A program made the translations under genes and the position numbers. 64,000 nucleotides of DNA, taken from assembly GCA_036172245.1 (NCBI GenBank), contig JAYWIR010000034.1:868001-932000 (forward strand), given 5' to 3'. Each line of letters starts with the position of its first letter. The stretch's first letter is position 1. The notes below the pieces were generated by a model that was not told the origin of the DNA, made no database searches, and saw only the letters and a list, made by a program, of their open reading frames with translations. Below are positions 51,501 to 64,000 of this stretch, in pieces. The stretch is from Raillietiella orientalis (Eukaryota).

Positions 51501-52576
51501 TGGCAGAGTTTTTTTCACTTCCCGCCAAAAAAACATCCTTCTCTTCAAGCGGAAAATGGGATTCCCATCCTCCGCCGAATAAAATAAAGGGGCAAAATCG
51601 ACAAACATCAGTAAAGGAGAAAGCAGGATCAACGAGGGAACGCAATCCCCCCTCCTCTCCCCCCCTTCACCAACTCAAGCAAAGTCCCGAAATGATAACC
51701 CGTTCGCACTCTGGGATGCTTCTCTGACTCTGGTTCTCCACCTTCAAGTGGTTCTTTGCGGGCTGAGGTGGAGCACTACGCCCCTTCTATGTGCGTGATC
51801 ACTTCGAGAATGACCAAAGGAGCACCAAAGGAGTGAAAAGTCGAAACTCAGCCGGTCTACTAGGAACGCGTAATCCAGAAATTGGTGCGTGTGCGTGAAC
51901 AGGGGAAGCTTTGGACCAAAAGGAATCTGGAAATTGGATTCGTTTCGAAGAGCAAAAGTAACCCGCCAAACACATCTTGGAAATGTACTGTTTGCTGCTC
52001 CCGAAATCAAAGAGACGGGAACGTCTTCCTGTGTTTTGCTTCTTCTCTATTGCGCATGCGAGGAGACGAAGGCACGCAAAGTTTCAGAGGCGAGAATTTG
52101 CGGAAGGAAAAACTTTTGCTGTTACAACTCGAATGCCTCGCTGACCTTGAATCCTCGTCTTGTTTCTCCTACCCCCGGGATATGCACATCACTAAAATCG
52201 GGCTCACAAAGGGAACAGACAGCGAAACATCAACAGGAGATGGGAGGTGAAATGCATCTTCCAGTGCAGGACGATCTCAGTACCACGTGGCAATGTCACC
52301 CATCGTTTCTTACAGATCTTGTAGCAGAGCAAGCAAAGAGAGGTTGGAAGTGGCGAAGAAAGAAAGGTCAATGGAAAATCAGAGAGTCTTCACGAACGTG
52401 ACCTCAGATCCGTCTTGCTGTTAGCGGATGGTGAAATGCTTCGAGTTCACGTAGAAGGAATCAAAGATGAGAAGCGGGAAGTTTGAAACCGGTTCGATTT
52501 CCGGATCCTATCACTAAACAACGAGGGAGGGGTGGGGTTGGGGAGAGTTTTTATCTTTTCTTTTGCCTTCGTATTC

Positions 52577-55500
52577 TCAAACGTAGCGATCCACTTTTTT
52601 CAGAGGCTGCAAAATGCGAATGGAAGGCAGTGGGGATCGAGGTGACGCTCGAATCCCGTTCACGCGCAGCAGGAAACCCTTCGGATGCTCCCGTTCCGAC
52701 ACGGCTGGCCGCTGAGCAGGCCCATCCTTCGACAAAGAATTGACCGGAGGTGCAGAGAAAGCTTTCAGAAACACGATGCTCTGGAAGCGACGGACTAAGT
52801 GACCAGGAATCCACAGTGCAGCTTTTCACTCACTTACTGTTCCTTCACGAGTTGATGACCTCGGGTCTTCCGATTTCCGATGAAAACACACGAAGATTGG
52901 GGAAGGTCGTTCCAATGTTCACGGTGAAGAGAGGAGTGGCAGTCCTAGCGTTCAGGCTGACCATCTTGTTGAACGTGTGAATGTGAAAGTGAGTGAATGT
53001 GAACATCGTCGCTTTACGATTCGTGATCTTCCCATAGTTGAATTTCTAGAAGTTGCAAAGATAACGTTATTCAGAATTGTGACTGACACACCGACGTAAA
53101 CTCTGTGCACGATAGGTCCCGAAAATGTTGACAGACGCTCACAAAAACCCGAGATCGACATCTGCACGTGAAATTCAAATGGGAACTTTTTGATCACCCC
53201 CTTTACAGGCCTGAGCTCATGCCCAGTGACTACCACGTGGTCCTGCACCTTAAGAAGCGGCTTGCAGCTCAACTATTCGAGGGAGTGAGGAGTTGAAAAC
53301 TGCAGTGCTGCTGAACTGGCAGAAGAACTCCCAGGCGACGGAACTTCATGCAGAGGGGTTCCCACGGTACCAGAAGTGTTTGGAAAAAAAAATGGTGACT
53401 ACGTAGAAAAGTGAAATGGGGATGTATGTGTTTAGAACCACGAATACATTTCTGTTACTCTTATTTGTTCTTTTTTTATATCCGAAATATATTCATTACT
53501 TTTGAGATGCTCCTCGTATTTATAAAAACATGTATATATATATATATATATATTAAAAAGCATTTCATTGCAATCTATGAAAGACACTGAAAGACTATCG
53601 GAGAAGACAGCCAAAGTCTTTCAAGCATTCCCTCAGGATACTAGAAAATCGTTTCTTCTATGTGCTGACCTACACGAAGAGTGCGTTCGAGTCTGCAGGT
53701 CAGTCCGGTCAACTTTAATTAACTCTTGCAAAGACCCTAATCGTAATTTCAACTTGCTGTTCTCTGGCTAAATGAGCGAAAAAAGTCGACTGACCAGCGT
53801 TCCTGAAACTCCCCTGTTATCACATTTCCTGAGGGAGGTGGGGGGGAAAGGGGGGTCAGGAGAGAGTGCCGACCTGCGTCTGAAGTAAAGTGGCCCTGGA
53901 ATTTTATCATTCGCCACAGGCAACTTTTATCCGTTTGCGTTTATGGTTACGGATTAATACGTGGTACGAGTTCACTTCTGGACGTAATCAAAAGGATGAT
54001 GAAACATATCCTATCCTCTGGGATCGACAGACAAGGAGAACCCTTCTAGTGATAGGCACAAGATGCGAAACAGCAGCTGGGAATGCAATGCATCTCCACC
54101 AACGAGCTATCCGAAGCGGAAGACCAGGAAGCCGCCTGCTGCAAGCTCCGGCCGCCAGGATATGCTCAGCCAGAATGACACAGAGTGATGCAAGCAGAAC
54201 TTTTTCCCTGCACCAACGGACGTTTTCCTGAATTTCTCCTCAGGGAGACTCCTCGGGATGAGGAGAGGGTAGTTGCCGGTAGCGAGCGGACCAGAAAACG
54301 CACAAATACCATGCGTGGGTGGGGGCGACACATCCTATGGCGAAGAACGGGCATCTCGGGAAGAACCTGAGTTCTGGGCAAGGCGGACCGCGACTGCCAA
54401 AGCGTGGGCGGAAGGCAACGAAAGTTGAAGGCTCAATGCGCTCCAGACCCCCTTCCGCTCCATTCTGTGCGACCCGGGATCCCCTCAGATGAATTCCGCC
54501 GTATGTTGCAGTTTGATTCCTCTCTCAAACGATCTTTGGCGCTATGCTAGATGCCAAAAGTGATGACTTCTGAGAAGGTGGTGGATGGCTAGGACAAAGG
54601 GGTTATCGAGTTGGGGAAAACTCCAGAACCCCATGCAGGCCTTATAAAACGTGGCAAGCTGGCTGACCAGTCTGAATTGCCGCAAACTGTTTCCCATCTC
54701 GGAGGGGGACCCACGGGTCCGTTTCCAGAATTCGGCCCCTGATGTGCGGATTTCGTCGCCGCGGTCTCGGCTGTTCCAGTGCTTTCCGAAGACGCATCCA
54801 GCGTGATTTGAACGAAAAGCAAGCCGCCGATTCCGGCGTCGGGGACAGATGAAAGCGACATCCTCCTTTTTGAAGTGGAAACGAAACGCACTGATGTCAC
54901 GCGCCCAGCACGTGCACGCGTGTCCCGGCTTGGGAAAACGATGAAATCAGTGCATCTCTTCTGCGACACGTCTCAAATGATGAATTCCCGCCCCTCTCCT
55001 TCCCTCTTCCCCCTCCCTTTCCACCACCGATCAATAAATTCATCAACAGAGACCTTGAAATCCTTTTATATTTTCGATTTCCCTTGGAATTCGTCACACA
55101 AGATAATCGACATGGCATAATTTAGAGGCAGCCCCATGCAGACTCCCGTTCGTACTTTGTAGACATGCAGACATCTCTGGAAGCGCGAGGAGCGTCCAGG
55201 AGGATAAATCGTCGAACTGCTCTTTATCGTTGGTTTGTCTTTCCTTAATCCAGACTGTCGCTATATGGTGTGAGAGTAAAGGAGCTTCCTCAGCTTTTTA
55301 ATTTCTGCTTTACAAGTCTTCTTTTCCCTTTTGCTGTCAAGATACAGAGAAAACTCGCAATTCTTCCTGCCCACTGTGCGCCACAGGATCTGTGCAAGGT
55401 GACCAGGGACGTCGCGACCGCGCGGCGGCGTGGCTTACCGTGACCAGACCGATTTGGTTCTTTAGATTGCGTTTCCTCATCTTTGCGTTGAGATAGCGTT

Positions 55501-56480
55501 TGGACAAGCTGTCTATCTGAGTCAGAAGCTCGGTGTAGGTCGACTCGTGTCCTTTCCTCTCCTCTTTTGCGTTCTGACTGCTCACGTGATAATCTCCCAC
55601 GACTATATTCTCCAAACTTTCGTGGATCTTCACTCGCAATAAATGATCCCTCGAGCTTGTTATCATGGAGAAATGCTTCCAAAGTTTGCGCCTCCGTGGA
55701 TGTTTGAGTGAAACGGTGGAAAAGAAAGTGCTTGAGGAATTTAACCCTATGCTCGGCGCGCTTATCTCCACGAGGATCCCATCCGTTCCTCCACACATGG
55801 CGTTAGGGACAGAGTGGCAAGAGTTTCCAAAGTCCAAAACCTGCTACAAGTAAAATCAACGACTGACGTCAAGGCGGATGTTTTCCAATGATGGAATCAT
55901 GTCTTACGCCGGAGAAATGCTGCCCTGCGGCTGTGTGATCGTCAGATTCGTCCACTTCGTGCTTTAAATTTGCATCATCAGTTGTTTCATCGACGCAACC
56001 AACAAAGCAAAAGCAGAAAAGGGATGGGGGAGGGGGAAAAAAATGAAAGCTCTAAGGATCGAGGTTGCTGCACTCACGGGTTCGAGGACTGCGTGCTGCA
56101 GGAATCAGACTCCTCCGATACCCCTTCATCATTTCCGTTTCCAAGCATAAGCGAAGTTTCTGAAAACTTCTTGACAGAGTGAGTGCGCCGTCGTCACAAA
56201 CGCTCGACCCAGGAGTTAACTCCGACGGTGTCGTGGAGACTTCAAAACGAACGCGCGGGGGCGCAGTCGAATTCGAGATCATTCGTCAGAAAGCGAGGGA
56301 CTCACTTATGGTCATTTGAAAGTCGTCGGAGAAGCACGACGAAGACGACGCAAAACCTTCGTTCCACACGCCAGGAGGGCACTCCCGCCTACTCTTGGGC
56401 TGAACAGCAGCGGAAATTTTCCGAGTTACAACTCGAAGCACACGCCCGTGGGGCGTTACCTTTGCGAAGACGCAGCATCT
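52577..56480 (-). other. Possible multi-exon orphan or decaying gene (exon-like segments about 55849-55440, 53270-52990, 52780-52580 and 56480-56308)
   Basis: Open frames with protein-like composition, several with good splice signals (TTACTTGTAG...CACG|GTAAGC; ATAA|GTGAGT; GTAAGT...CTTCCAG). I could not assemble a phase-consistent model. Confidence 0.3.
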
Positions 56481-59400
56481 GATCAAAGGCAGCAGGCAGT
56501 CGGTCATCCTGGTGGCGTACGGAACATGGAAACCCGATCAAGATCCGCCCCCGCTTCCACACAGCGGATCATCAAAGCAGCTCCATGCACCCACACGCGC
56601 AAAAGAAGGGACTTTAATGCTCAGCAGTGGGGGCCAATTGTTACGCCGCGCCTGGGAAAATCGGCATTGTTTCAGGCATTGTTGAGTCACAGGGATGCGC
56701 GCGTTGCGAAACGGTTGGCGTGAGCGCGCGCACCGCTGCAGGATTGCTGCTCTCCGCACGACGTCTGACGGACCCCGACAGCCAGGTCCCCCACCCCAGG
56801 ACTCGCGTTGGGACGCAGCGTGGGGGGACGTCGCTCCCCCCCAGTTCCGCATTCCCCCTATCCGTCGCACGCGATCGAAGGGCGTTGCTTCGCGGGAAAC
56901 CAGCGACCAGGCCTCTCGAGGGACTTTCGGACGGCAAGACGACGCCTTCAGGGCAAGCGGAGGCGCCACGCCTCCTAAGGGGTGGTGCAGTGCAGCAAGC
57001 AACGTTGCGCGCCTGCGCCCAAAGGACCAACCGGCAGGACCAACCGGCTCCGGCATGTCTCCCCGATACGCGCGCGCGAGCTCGGTTGGCGCGCGGAGCG
57101 ACGCGGCGCGGCGGCGTGCCCAATCGCGTCAACCATGCGGGCGCGTTCCCTCTCGCTTCCGGTCGAAGGTTTCCATGACAGCGGAAGCCTCGGAGGAGCG
57201 AGCTGCGAGAGAGGGAGAGCGTTTCCGCGTTCCCGCGTCCCCCCCTTCGACGCGGTCGGGTAAGCACGGGGACGCGGGAAGAGGATGCCGCGCGGCAGCA
57301 GCCCTCTTCGGGGATCTTCCGCAGGAAACGAGCAGCATCCTTCGTCCTCGGTCCACAGCCCCCTTGAGCGAGAAGCCCACCTGACCCATCCCAGACTGTC
57401 CGCGTCATTCCTGGGTGCATGCTCGAAGGAAGGGGAAAGGAGAGGGAAGCAGACCTCTCTTCCCATTTTTCCAAGAGCTTCTCAGGATCGCGGGGAGCCT
57501 GGAACGCGGACTGGCCACTCTGTAGTCCCGGAAACAGGTCAGTCCAGCAGCTGGAGGGGTGCGATCGGTCTCCGTGAGTTCCCATCTCCGTTTCTTTTGC
57601 TCCATCATCGTGCCAAACCGCGTGCGCCGTACAAGGTGGGGAAGTGGTCTCTTCGCGACGCCGACCGAACCACGGTCACCAAAAGGGGGGGGGGGGTCTC
57701 AATTCACAAGCATGGAGTCGGTGGACAGCGTGCGGCGCGGTGGTGGTTCCATCGTTTGCTTCACGACGCGTGTGCATTGGGCGCAGAGTCTCTCTGTGAT
57801 TGCTCTCTGGATGGGAAGTCCAAGGAGGTTTCCGTTCTCACGAGAGAGGGGCAGGCGCTCCACCGCAGTGTGGCGTGGGTCCACGAAAGTGCAGCGGAAA
57901 TCTCCTCCGAAAAGATGCACAAAAATGAGATGAGGGAGGGAGGAGGCGTTTCTGCGTCCTGCACGTCCTCGCTTGCTTCCTGATGACTCATGCTGGCACG
58001 TGGAACTCGGGCGGAAGTTCCTGCAGCCGCCTAATGCAGCGTCGGTCACACGTGGGGACTCGCCCGAGTGCTGCGCGCGCTTCAGGAAGGGATTCGGCGC
58101 ACCAAGCACTCCTGGACCCACTGTCCCTGGCAATGGCGGTCGCGATTCGAAGCGCGTTGCGATCGGCGCCGGTTACGTGCCGCGGCGCGACGACCTGCGG
58201 TCCACGGGGAGGACAGGGGGAAGACGGGAAGAAAGAAGGGAAGCCGATCCCCGACGCGCGCTCCTTGCAGATCCCTGTCCTCGCGCTGGAGATCCCGTTC
58301 CTCCACTCCCGCTCAGCTGCTGGCGTCGCGAGAATTTCATGGTGCATTCGGACTGCTCGGTCTGCCCCCGATTCGCCCGTCGAGGCATCCGCGGGTGACC
58401 AGCGGGAAACTCCCACTTGGCGTGGGTCCTGGCGGGCTTTGGCTGCCGACGAAGGCGGAAGGTGGGAAGGCTGCTGGGGTTGGATCCTGCGTCCTGGGTC
58501 CTGCGGGAGCGAGAGGATTCCTCCTTCGCGGCGTGTGCCAGCGTTCCCCCTGGCGTGACGATCGTCGCCAACGTGTCTCGGGACTTTCCGGTTGCCGCTG
58601 CGTGGACGACGGGAGTTCCGCGGTAGCGAACTGCGCTGGAAGCGACCCCGTCGCGAAGGTCGCCGAAGCACGGCGGGGGCGAGCTGAGGCTCCGGTTGGC
58701 GTCGCCCAAAGGCCGCAAGACGACGGCTCCGAACGCAGCACCGAGGCACCGGGGCCGAGCTCGGAGTGGTGCCTTCGCGCTTCCCGGGAGCCGGTCGAGG
58801 GTCCTGGGGAGCTCCTGGCGGAAGGACGCACGTCCTCCGTCCAGGGTTGGTTTGAGCGTGCCGAAGACATTCCGTCCGCCTCTCCTGCGACGGCTGTTGA
58901 AGTTGGAAAAGTGAATTTCGATATCCCCTGAAAACGGTGGAATTTCGATATCCGACGCAACCGAACGCCATCTTGAATTGCAGTGTGGACCGTCCGTAAG
59001 TCTTTCGAAAAGTACCTTCGCCGAAAACCGTCGTATCCACCCATGCGCTTCGCGAAAGTTTCGATTTGTTTACTCTCGAAAATGGCGCAAAAAGGGACGT
59101 TCACTTCGGGGAGAGAACGCGCCGCGTAAAAATAGGGCCGCGAAAACGGAAGCTTGCAAACCGTGGCAGCAACGGGTTCATGCGTCCATTTAGCAGAAAT
59201 GGGCTGAAAACGGTGGAATTGGAGGTACAGTGGAATGCTCGTGTAGGAAAGTTCGCACGGACCACGGGCGGTGCACCAAAAGATTCCCGAAGCAACACCC
59301 CTCGCAGCGAGCGGTGTTAGTTGCTGGAGGTGGTTGCGTTCCATCAACGATTAATCGTATTCAAATGAACACAAGGTCCAAGACTGCTAAGAGCCGTTTT

Positions 59401-59599
59401 AGAGTCCCAATTACTTCAAACTGAAAAATCGCTCGAAAATAGGAATCGAAATTACGCTTCGAAGTTGCAGTCACAAAGATATGAAATCGCCGAGGCGATA
59501 TGTTAGGTGTGGATTGCAAAAAGACATCGAAATCAACTTCTGTAGAAGGAGGCGATCCTCGTGAGGGGGCGAAGGACTTGCAGATGAAGAGGTGGTGCC

Positions 59600-60900
59600 G
59601 TGCGCACCGGCCACTAACGGAAAGCTGGGGAGAAAGAAAAGCACCGTTTTTCGAAAAGGCCGTTTTCGTGATGAAACTCGCTGGGAAACAACGGGTACTT
59701 TAGGTCAAGGTGAACCCCATCGAAACCCTGTTGGGAAAGCAATGCGAACTTTGAAAGCTGAAGATGGGCAGACCGATCACCCCAGTCGCTTCGACCGCTA
59801 CGGGATCGCTTGCTGGCGTGGTTTTCGAGAAGAGATAGAAGCTGTTTCCGAGGAATCCAAGTGAGGATTCGGTAACAAACCAGCAGAGAGTTTGGTTGGA
59901 GGCTGTGATAAAGGAGCTTCCATGATTTGCTGGTCGCGCGCCACGACTAATGAGGAACATCGGCCGGAACGAAATCACGGACATCCTTGTGTTTCTGCTT
60001 TTCGACGTGCCATGCACGAGGAAGCTGTGTGGATCTTCTGGAAAAAGTTCTGTCCCATCGTGGCCATCCAACACAAAAGAAAAGAAGATGTATTAAGGGA
60101 AGAAGCGTAGAATCGAGGACATTTTTCTACTGATGACGTCGGGATGCCTACGACGCCTACACGAACTAGCGGGAAGAGAAAAGGGATTTCCAGCAACACG
60201 GATGCTCTCGAGTATATTAAGGAAAAATCGTTCTTTACGAAGTGCTAAAAAGCTCGAAGCCGAAACGTTCGAAACATCTCGCGAGGAGGGTGTTACGTCG
60301 ATGTTTTCAACGTTCCCTTCTCGGCTGCTTCCGTACCAAAAAATCATCTGGTTAACTCTGGTGGCGATATGCCCACCTACCTGTGGGGTCGTCTTGGTTT
60401 CGAAGCTCACGAACAACAACACAACATTCGCAGGATTCAAGCACAAGACTGTCATCGGAGATGTCACTGTCCGTCTCATTAAGCGGAACCAAGCTGTTCC
60501 CAGGTTGTCGAAAATTCCGAATTCCCGTAGTCAAGAGCGAATGCAACTCCTCGCAGAACCAAATGGGTCAGAGTACGAGGTGTCCAGTCGAGTTCGAAGC
60601 GAGCCGCCAGAGGGTGCCTTGTTCCACCACGCAGATCGAGGGAAGGCGTTCAGAAGAGAGTTCCGGTGAAGAAAGCAGCCCAGATATGCGAGTCAGCAAA
60701 ACCCTTTCTCCAGTTGGCAATTCTAGGATCCTCCCCCGAAGAAGAGCCCGTGGAAGTGGCCTCGAAAAATCTCAGGTTGATTGCGATTCATTTATCCAGC
60801 AGTGTGCGGAATTTCAATAGGAGTCATTTGTCTACCCTCGCTCTATCAACAAGTAGAAGGAGACTTTTCGAAAGTGAAACGAGGCAGATTGCTGATCCAG
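59600..60900 (-). mobile_element. Old degraded L1/Tx1-type RT fragment
   Basis: Minus-strand pieces NSLVPLNETDSDI (like SxVxINGxxS), LLFVSFE, NIDVT...FLNILES (like ADDVT...INxxKS), QNFFQKI and GVIGLP occur in RT order. Confidence 0.45.
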
Positions 60901-61154
60901 AAATCCTCCGACCGAGGGTCTTCCTTTCTCTGGACCTCGCATCAGGGAGATGGCTGCCCGCCCGCGTTGGAAGGTCGGAGGCGAGCAGCTTCCCAGGACG
61001 CGTGCTTGCGTGTCCCGTGGGTCCTGCCGCAGCCCCTTACTCTCGCTCAGCACCGAGGAGCGCCAGCTCTGCCGGGAGTCAGCCGCAGGGCGTCCCCAAC
61101 GTCCGAGAGCGGGGCGTGCGGCCGAGCTAATGAGATCGCCGTTGGCTTCTAGCA

Positions 61155-61410
61155 GCCGAGGTCGTTTCCTGGGAACCGTTCTCGGGACGCTCCTCAGGGA
61201 CCTCGCGGTCGGGTCGAAGGACGCACTGCGACTCGTGCTTCCTGCGGGAAGCGCCGCGCACGAGCTTCTCCTGCCGGCTTCTTCTTCGTCCAGGAGCCAT
61301 GCTGCTGCCTCCGCCGCCGCCGCGGCGAGCCTCGACCTCCTGCGCGAGCCGAGCAGGGTGTCCTTGGCAACCCTTGTCCGGGCACGGGCGCCTCCTCCGA
61401 ATGCATCCCC
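61155..61410 (+). pseudogene. Putative highly diverged or decayed upstream exon of the MFSD4-like transporter
   Basis: GRFLGTVLGTLL...LLLPASSSSRSHAAASAAAAASLDLLREPSRVSLATLV has spacing like MFSD4 LLGSALGG...IP...ALAGLAMGCIDTVANMQLV, the segment that precedes the QxLHFF motif. An acceptor-like TTCTAGCAG precedes it. No clear donor. Confidence 0.35.
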
Positions 61411-62079
61411 TTCGCTCGGCGGATCCGCGTCGAGACTCCCCTCCAATCCCGTCCCCCGCTTCCCATCTCTTGGCTTCGCTCCTGCGTAAAGGAGCGAGCG
61501 AGCGAGCCCCCTCCCGTCCCTACCGCTGGGTCGCCCGCGGGCGGGAGCGACCTCCTCCCTGTTGCGCGAAGCAGTTGCAGAGAAATGGCGTGGCGCCCGG
61601 GCACCGTATCCCGATACATGGCCGCACGCTGTCGCCGCCCTCGGCTCCGGAGGGTCGCAGGGAGCCGAAGGCGATGCTCCGACGAGTCTCTCCGTGCGTG
61701 GGGAGTTTGCGGGAGCGGCCACCAGGAGTCCGCATCGGGGCGTCGCGACCAGCCGCCACAGCTGAGTCGCGGCAGCGGAACTCGCCTTCCCCGGGGCGGG
61801 GCGAGGCGAGGCGCGGGGCGTCCCGGGCGCCGCAGCTTTCACCTTCCCCGTCTCGAAGCAAAACGAAAATGAAAAAAAAAAGGGAACGCCGGAGAACACG
61901 GGAATCAGCACCTCTGGAATCAGCTGGAGACTCCGAGTCCGGAGTCCCGCAGCGGAAAGAGGAAGAGGAGTGTCGAGACGACCCGGGAGATTTCGCTTCT
62001 CTCCTCTTCCTCCTTCGCCCGGCCTGCCCCGGGAGGGGTCGCCGCCGCAGCACCGGTGACCGCGCCGCTTGCCTTCCAG

Positions 62080-62268
62080 TGCCTGCACTTCTTCTACGGC
62101 CTGGGCGCCTTCGTCGCCCCGCTCATCACGGAGCCGTTCCTGCTGAACGAAGACTGCACCCCCTTTCTGCAGGAAGGCCCGGGGAACGCGTCGTCCGTCC
62201 TGGGCCTGAGGGAAGCGCAGGACCTATCCAAGATACAGTACGCCTTCTGGATCCTGGCCATACTGCAG
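62080..62268 (+). CDS. Internal exon of an MFS transporter of the MFSD4 / NaGLT1 (fucose permease-like) family
   Basis: TTCCAG|TGC...CAG|GTGAGT, 189 nt, phase 0-0. CLHFFYGLGAFVAPLITEPFL...IQYAFWILAILQ matches the MFSD4 motifs LHFFxGxGAxxxPLIxxPFL and YAFW. Confidence 0.85.
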
Positions 62269-64000
62269 GTGAGTTGAACTTTTGCTCCCTCGAGGATGTC
62301 GCCGGCAGCGCGCAGATCGCCGTTTTCGCGCCGCGGGCGGAGGGAGGGAAGGGGGCGCGCCGTCGGGAACCCAGTTTCCGTGGGAAGGAGACGGGAGAAG
62401 AGGCCTGGGGTGGCAGACAGCTCCCCTCGTTACCGCGCTTGAGCAAGGAGCCTCCCGTCGGCAGCCCGCAACTGGCTCCAGGAGAACGGCGGAGGCGCCA
62501 CGTCGTCCGTCTCCTCGAGCCGCGGGCGAGAAGACGCAGGATTCTCTCCGAGGCTGCCGGAAGGGTGGCGCGCACGCCCTCTGGCGGACACCCGCCGCGT
62601 GGCAGTGCGCTCCTCCTACTCACCGTCCCTCTTCCTCCTGCTGTTCCTGCTGCTGTCTCCGCCTTGCACAGGTCCGCTTCTCTCGCGAGCGCCTACCTTT
62701 CCCGGCGCCGTGTCGCCGTCTGGAGGAAGCACGGAGGCTGTCCGCGTTCCGGAAAACAACCAGACGTCGAAAAGAGTCTCGAAGTAAAGAATCGCTTCGG
62801 CATCCTTCCGTTTCCTTCTCGCGGTGTGAGGAACGGCCGCTCTCCCGGCTGCGGTTCCGTTTCCATTCCCCTACACCCTCTTGCCCTACAACGATGCGCA
62901 CACACGCGTCCGGTCGGACGGCCGGGAAAGCCCACACTTTCCTCCCCATCGCGGGTGCACCGACCGACGCACGCCCTTCTTCAAGGGTGCTGGAGATCAG
63001 AGGAGGGAAGGGGGGGGGGGGCTAAAGATCCCCAGGGCATGCTGGATTCCTGCGCCTTGCAGCCGAGGCTCGAAATCCATAATAAACTCCCAACTGCTTT
63101 CCCTCATTCCATCGGGATTAAACGTATCCAACTTCTTTTTGGTATTCCATGGCTCCCACGCACGAGGAGGACCTCCCCTTCCGAGCGCTTCCGGCGGAGA
63201 GTCGGCCATCGCGGCACCTCAGGGCTTGCGTCTGCAATCTCTCCCGCCTGTCGTTGGGGTAGGATGATGGGACCTTGTCGGAAGGGGGCATTTGTCGATG
63301 GGGTGGGTTTCCTCGCCCGCAGCGTCCTCGTTTCCCGCAGCAGCTCGGCTTGCTTCCACCCCCACACAGGCCCTCCCCCTGCCATTTCCAAGGATCTCCA
63401 TCGATCGAAGAGAGCAATTTCGCGCGTGCGTTCGGGAAAAGCGTTCAGAAGAAAGGAGGTCGGGGAAAAACGAGGCCCGCCGGATCTCTCGCATCGCTTT
63501 TTTTTCTTCTTTGCTTTCTTTCTTGCTTGCTTGCTTCCTTCCTACCCGCGGAGCGAGCGAGGATCCGACGACGATGCCAGACAAGACAAAGACCAGAAGA
63601 CGCTTGAATTCTCACCCGGTCACGTCGGAGCGTTTGCTAGGGGAAAATCGGCGAGGAAACACGCGAAGACGGTGGGACGTGCCTGTTTCGGCAGCCGGGA
63701 TTCGGCGCACGTGGCTCCTCCCGCCATCGACACGATCAGACTGTGGCCATCGCGCGAATGGTTGTTGTAGCGGCCTTGCTCGGAACACCTTCGCCTTTCG
63801 CTCCTCGTCGGCCGCTGATTGCCGGCCTTCCGTCGAATGTGCTGAGCAGCCCTGACGCAGCGGCCGATCCCCCGTCGTTCCAGGCATCAGAAGACTCACT
63901 GGTGCATTGGCGGGGCGCCGACAGACGGTGCCTGTCCGAGGGCGGGCAGCCCACGCGCGAACCTTCCGGGAAAGACAAGAGGACGAAGGTTCCATGCGTG

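Noticed and set aside
54620..54680. M13 peptidase (FYKACM) exon on the minus strand
   Set aside because: Only a 6-residue resemblance; no flanking neprilysin motifs and stops nearby.
56500..59350. Numerous overlapping 150-350 aa ORFs on both strands
   Set aside because: Arg/Pro/Gly-rich, mutually overlapping, with no domains or codon bias; expected in GC-rich non-coding DNA.
1..64000. CRISPR array, rRNA or prokaryotic operon
   Set aside because: No repeat-spacer pattern or rRNA-like sequence was seen, and the genes are spliced eukaryotic genes.

Overview
Eukaryotic (animal) DNA, most likely from an arthropod: short ~45-60 nt GT-AG introns, a U6 3' end of the Drosophila type, and a YGAP-repeat cuticle-type protein. 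Host genes are COA7 (+, 2 exons), coatomer gamma COPG (-, about 10 exons), a phospholipase C delta-like gene (-, PH-EF-X-Y-C2) whose catalytic residues are replaced, a 2-exon signal peptide + YGAP-repeat + TM gene (+), and exons of an MFSD4-like transporter (+). The window carries about eight decayed L1/Tx1-clade non-LTR retrotransposon copies. One is full length (19660-24936) with a 13-bp target-site duplication that contains the PLC gene's poly(A) signal. Another is fused directly behind a full-length U6 snRNA retrocopy (a U6-LINE chimera). A near-identical 1733-bp inverted duplication (17220-18952 / 39621-41353) brackets the PLC gene and the full-length LINE. Most of the many GC-rich ORFs in the track are not credible genes. 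All calls come from manual translation and motif recognition; no database searches were run.
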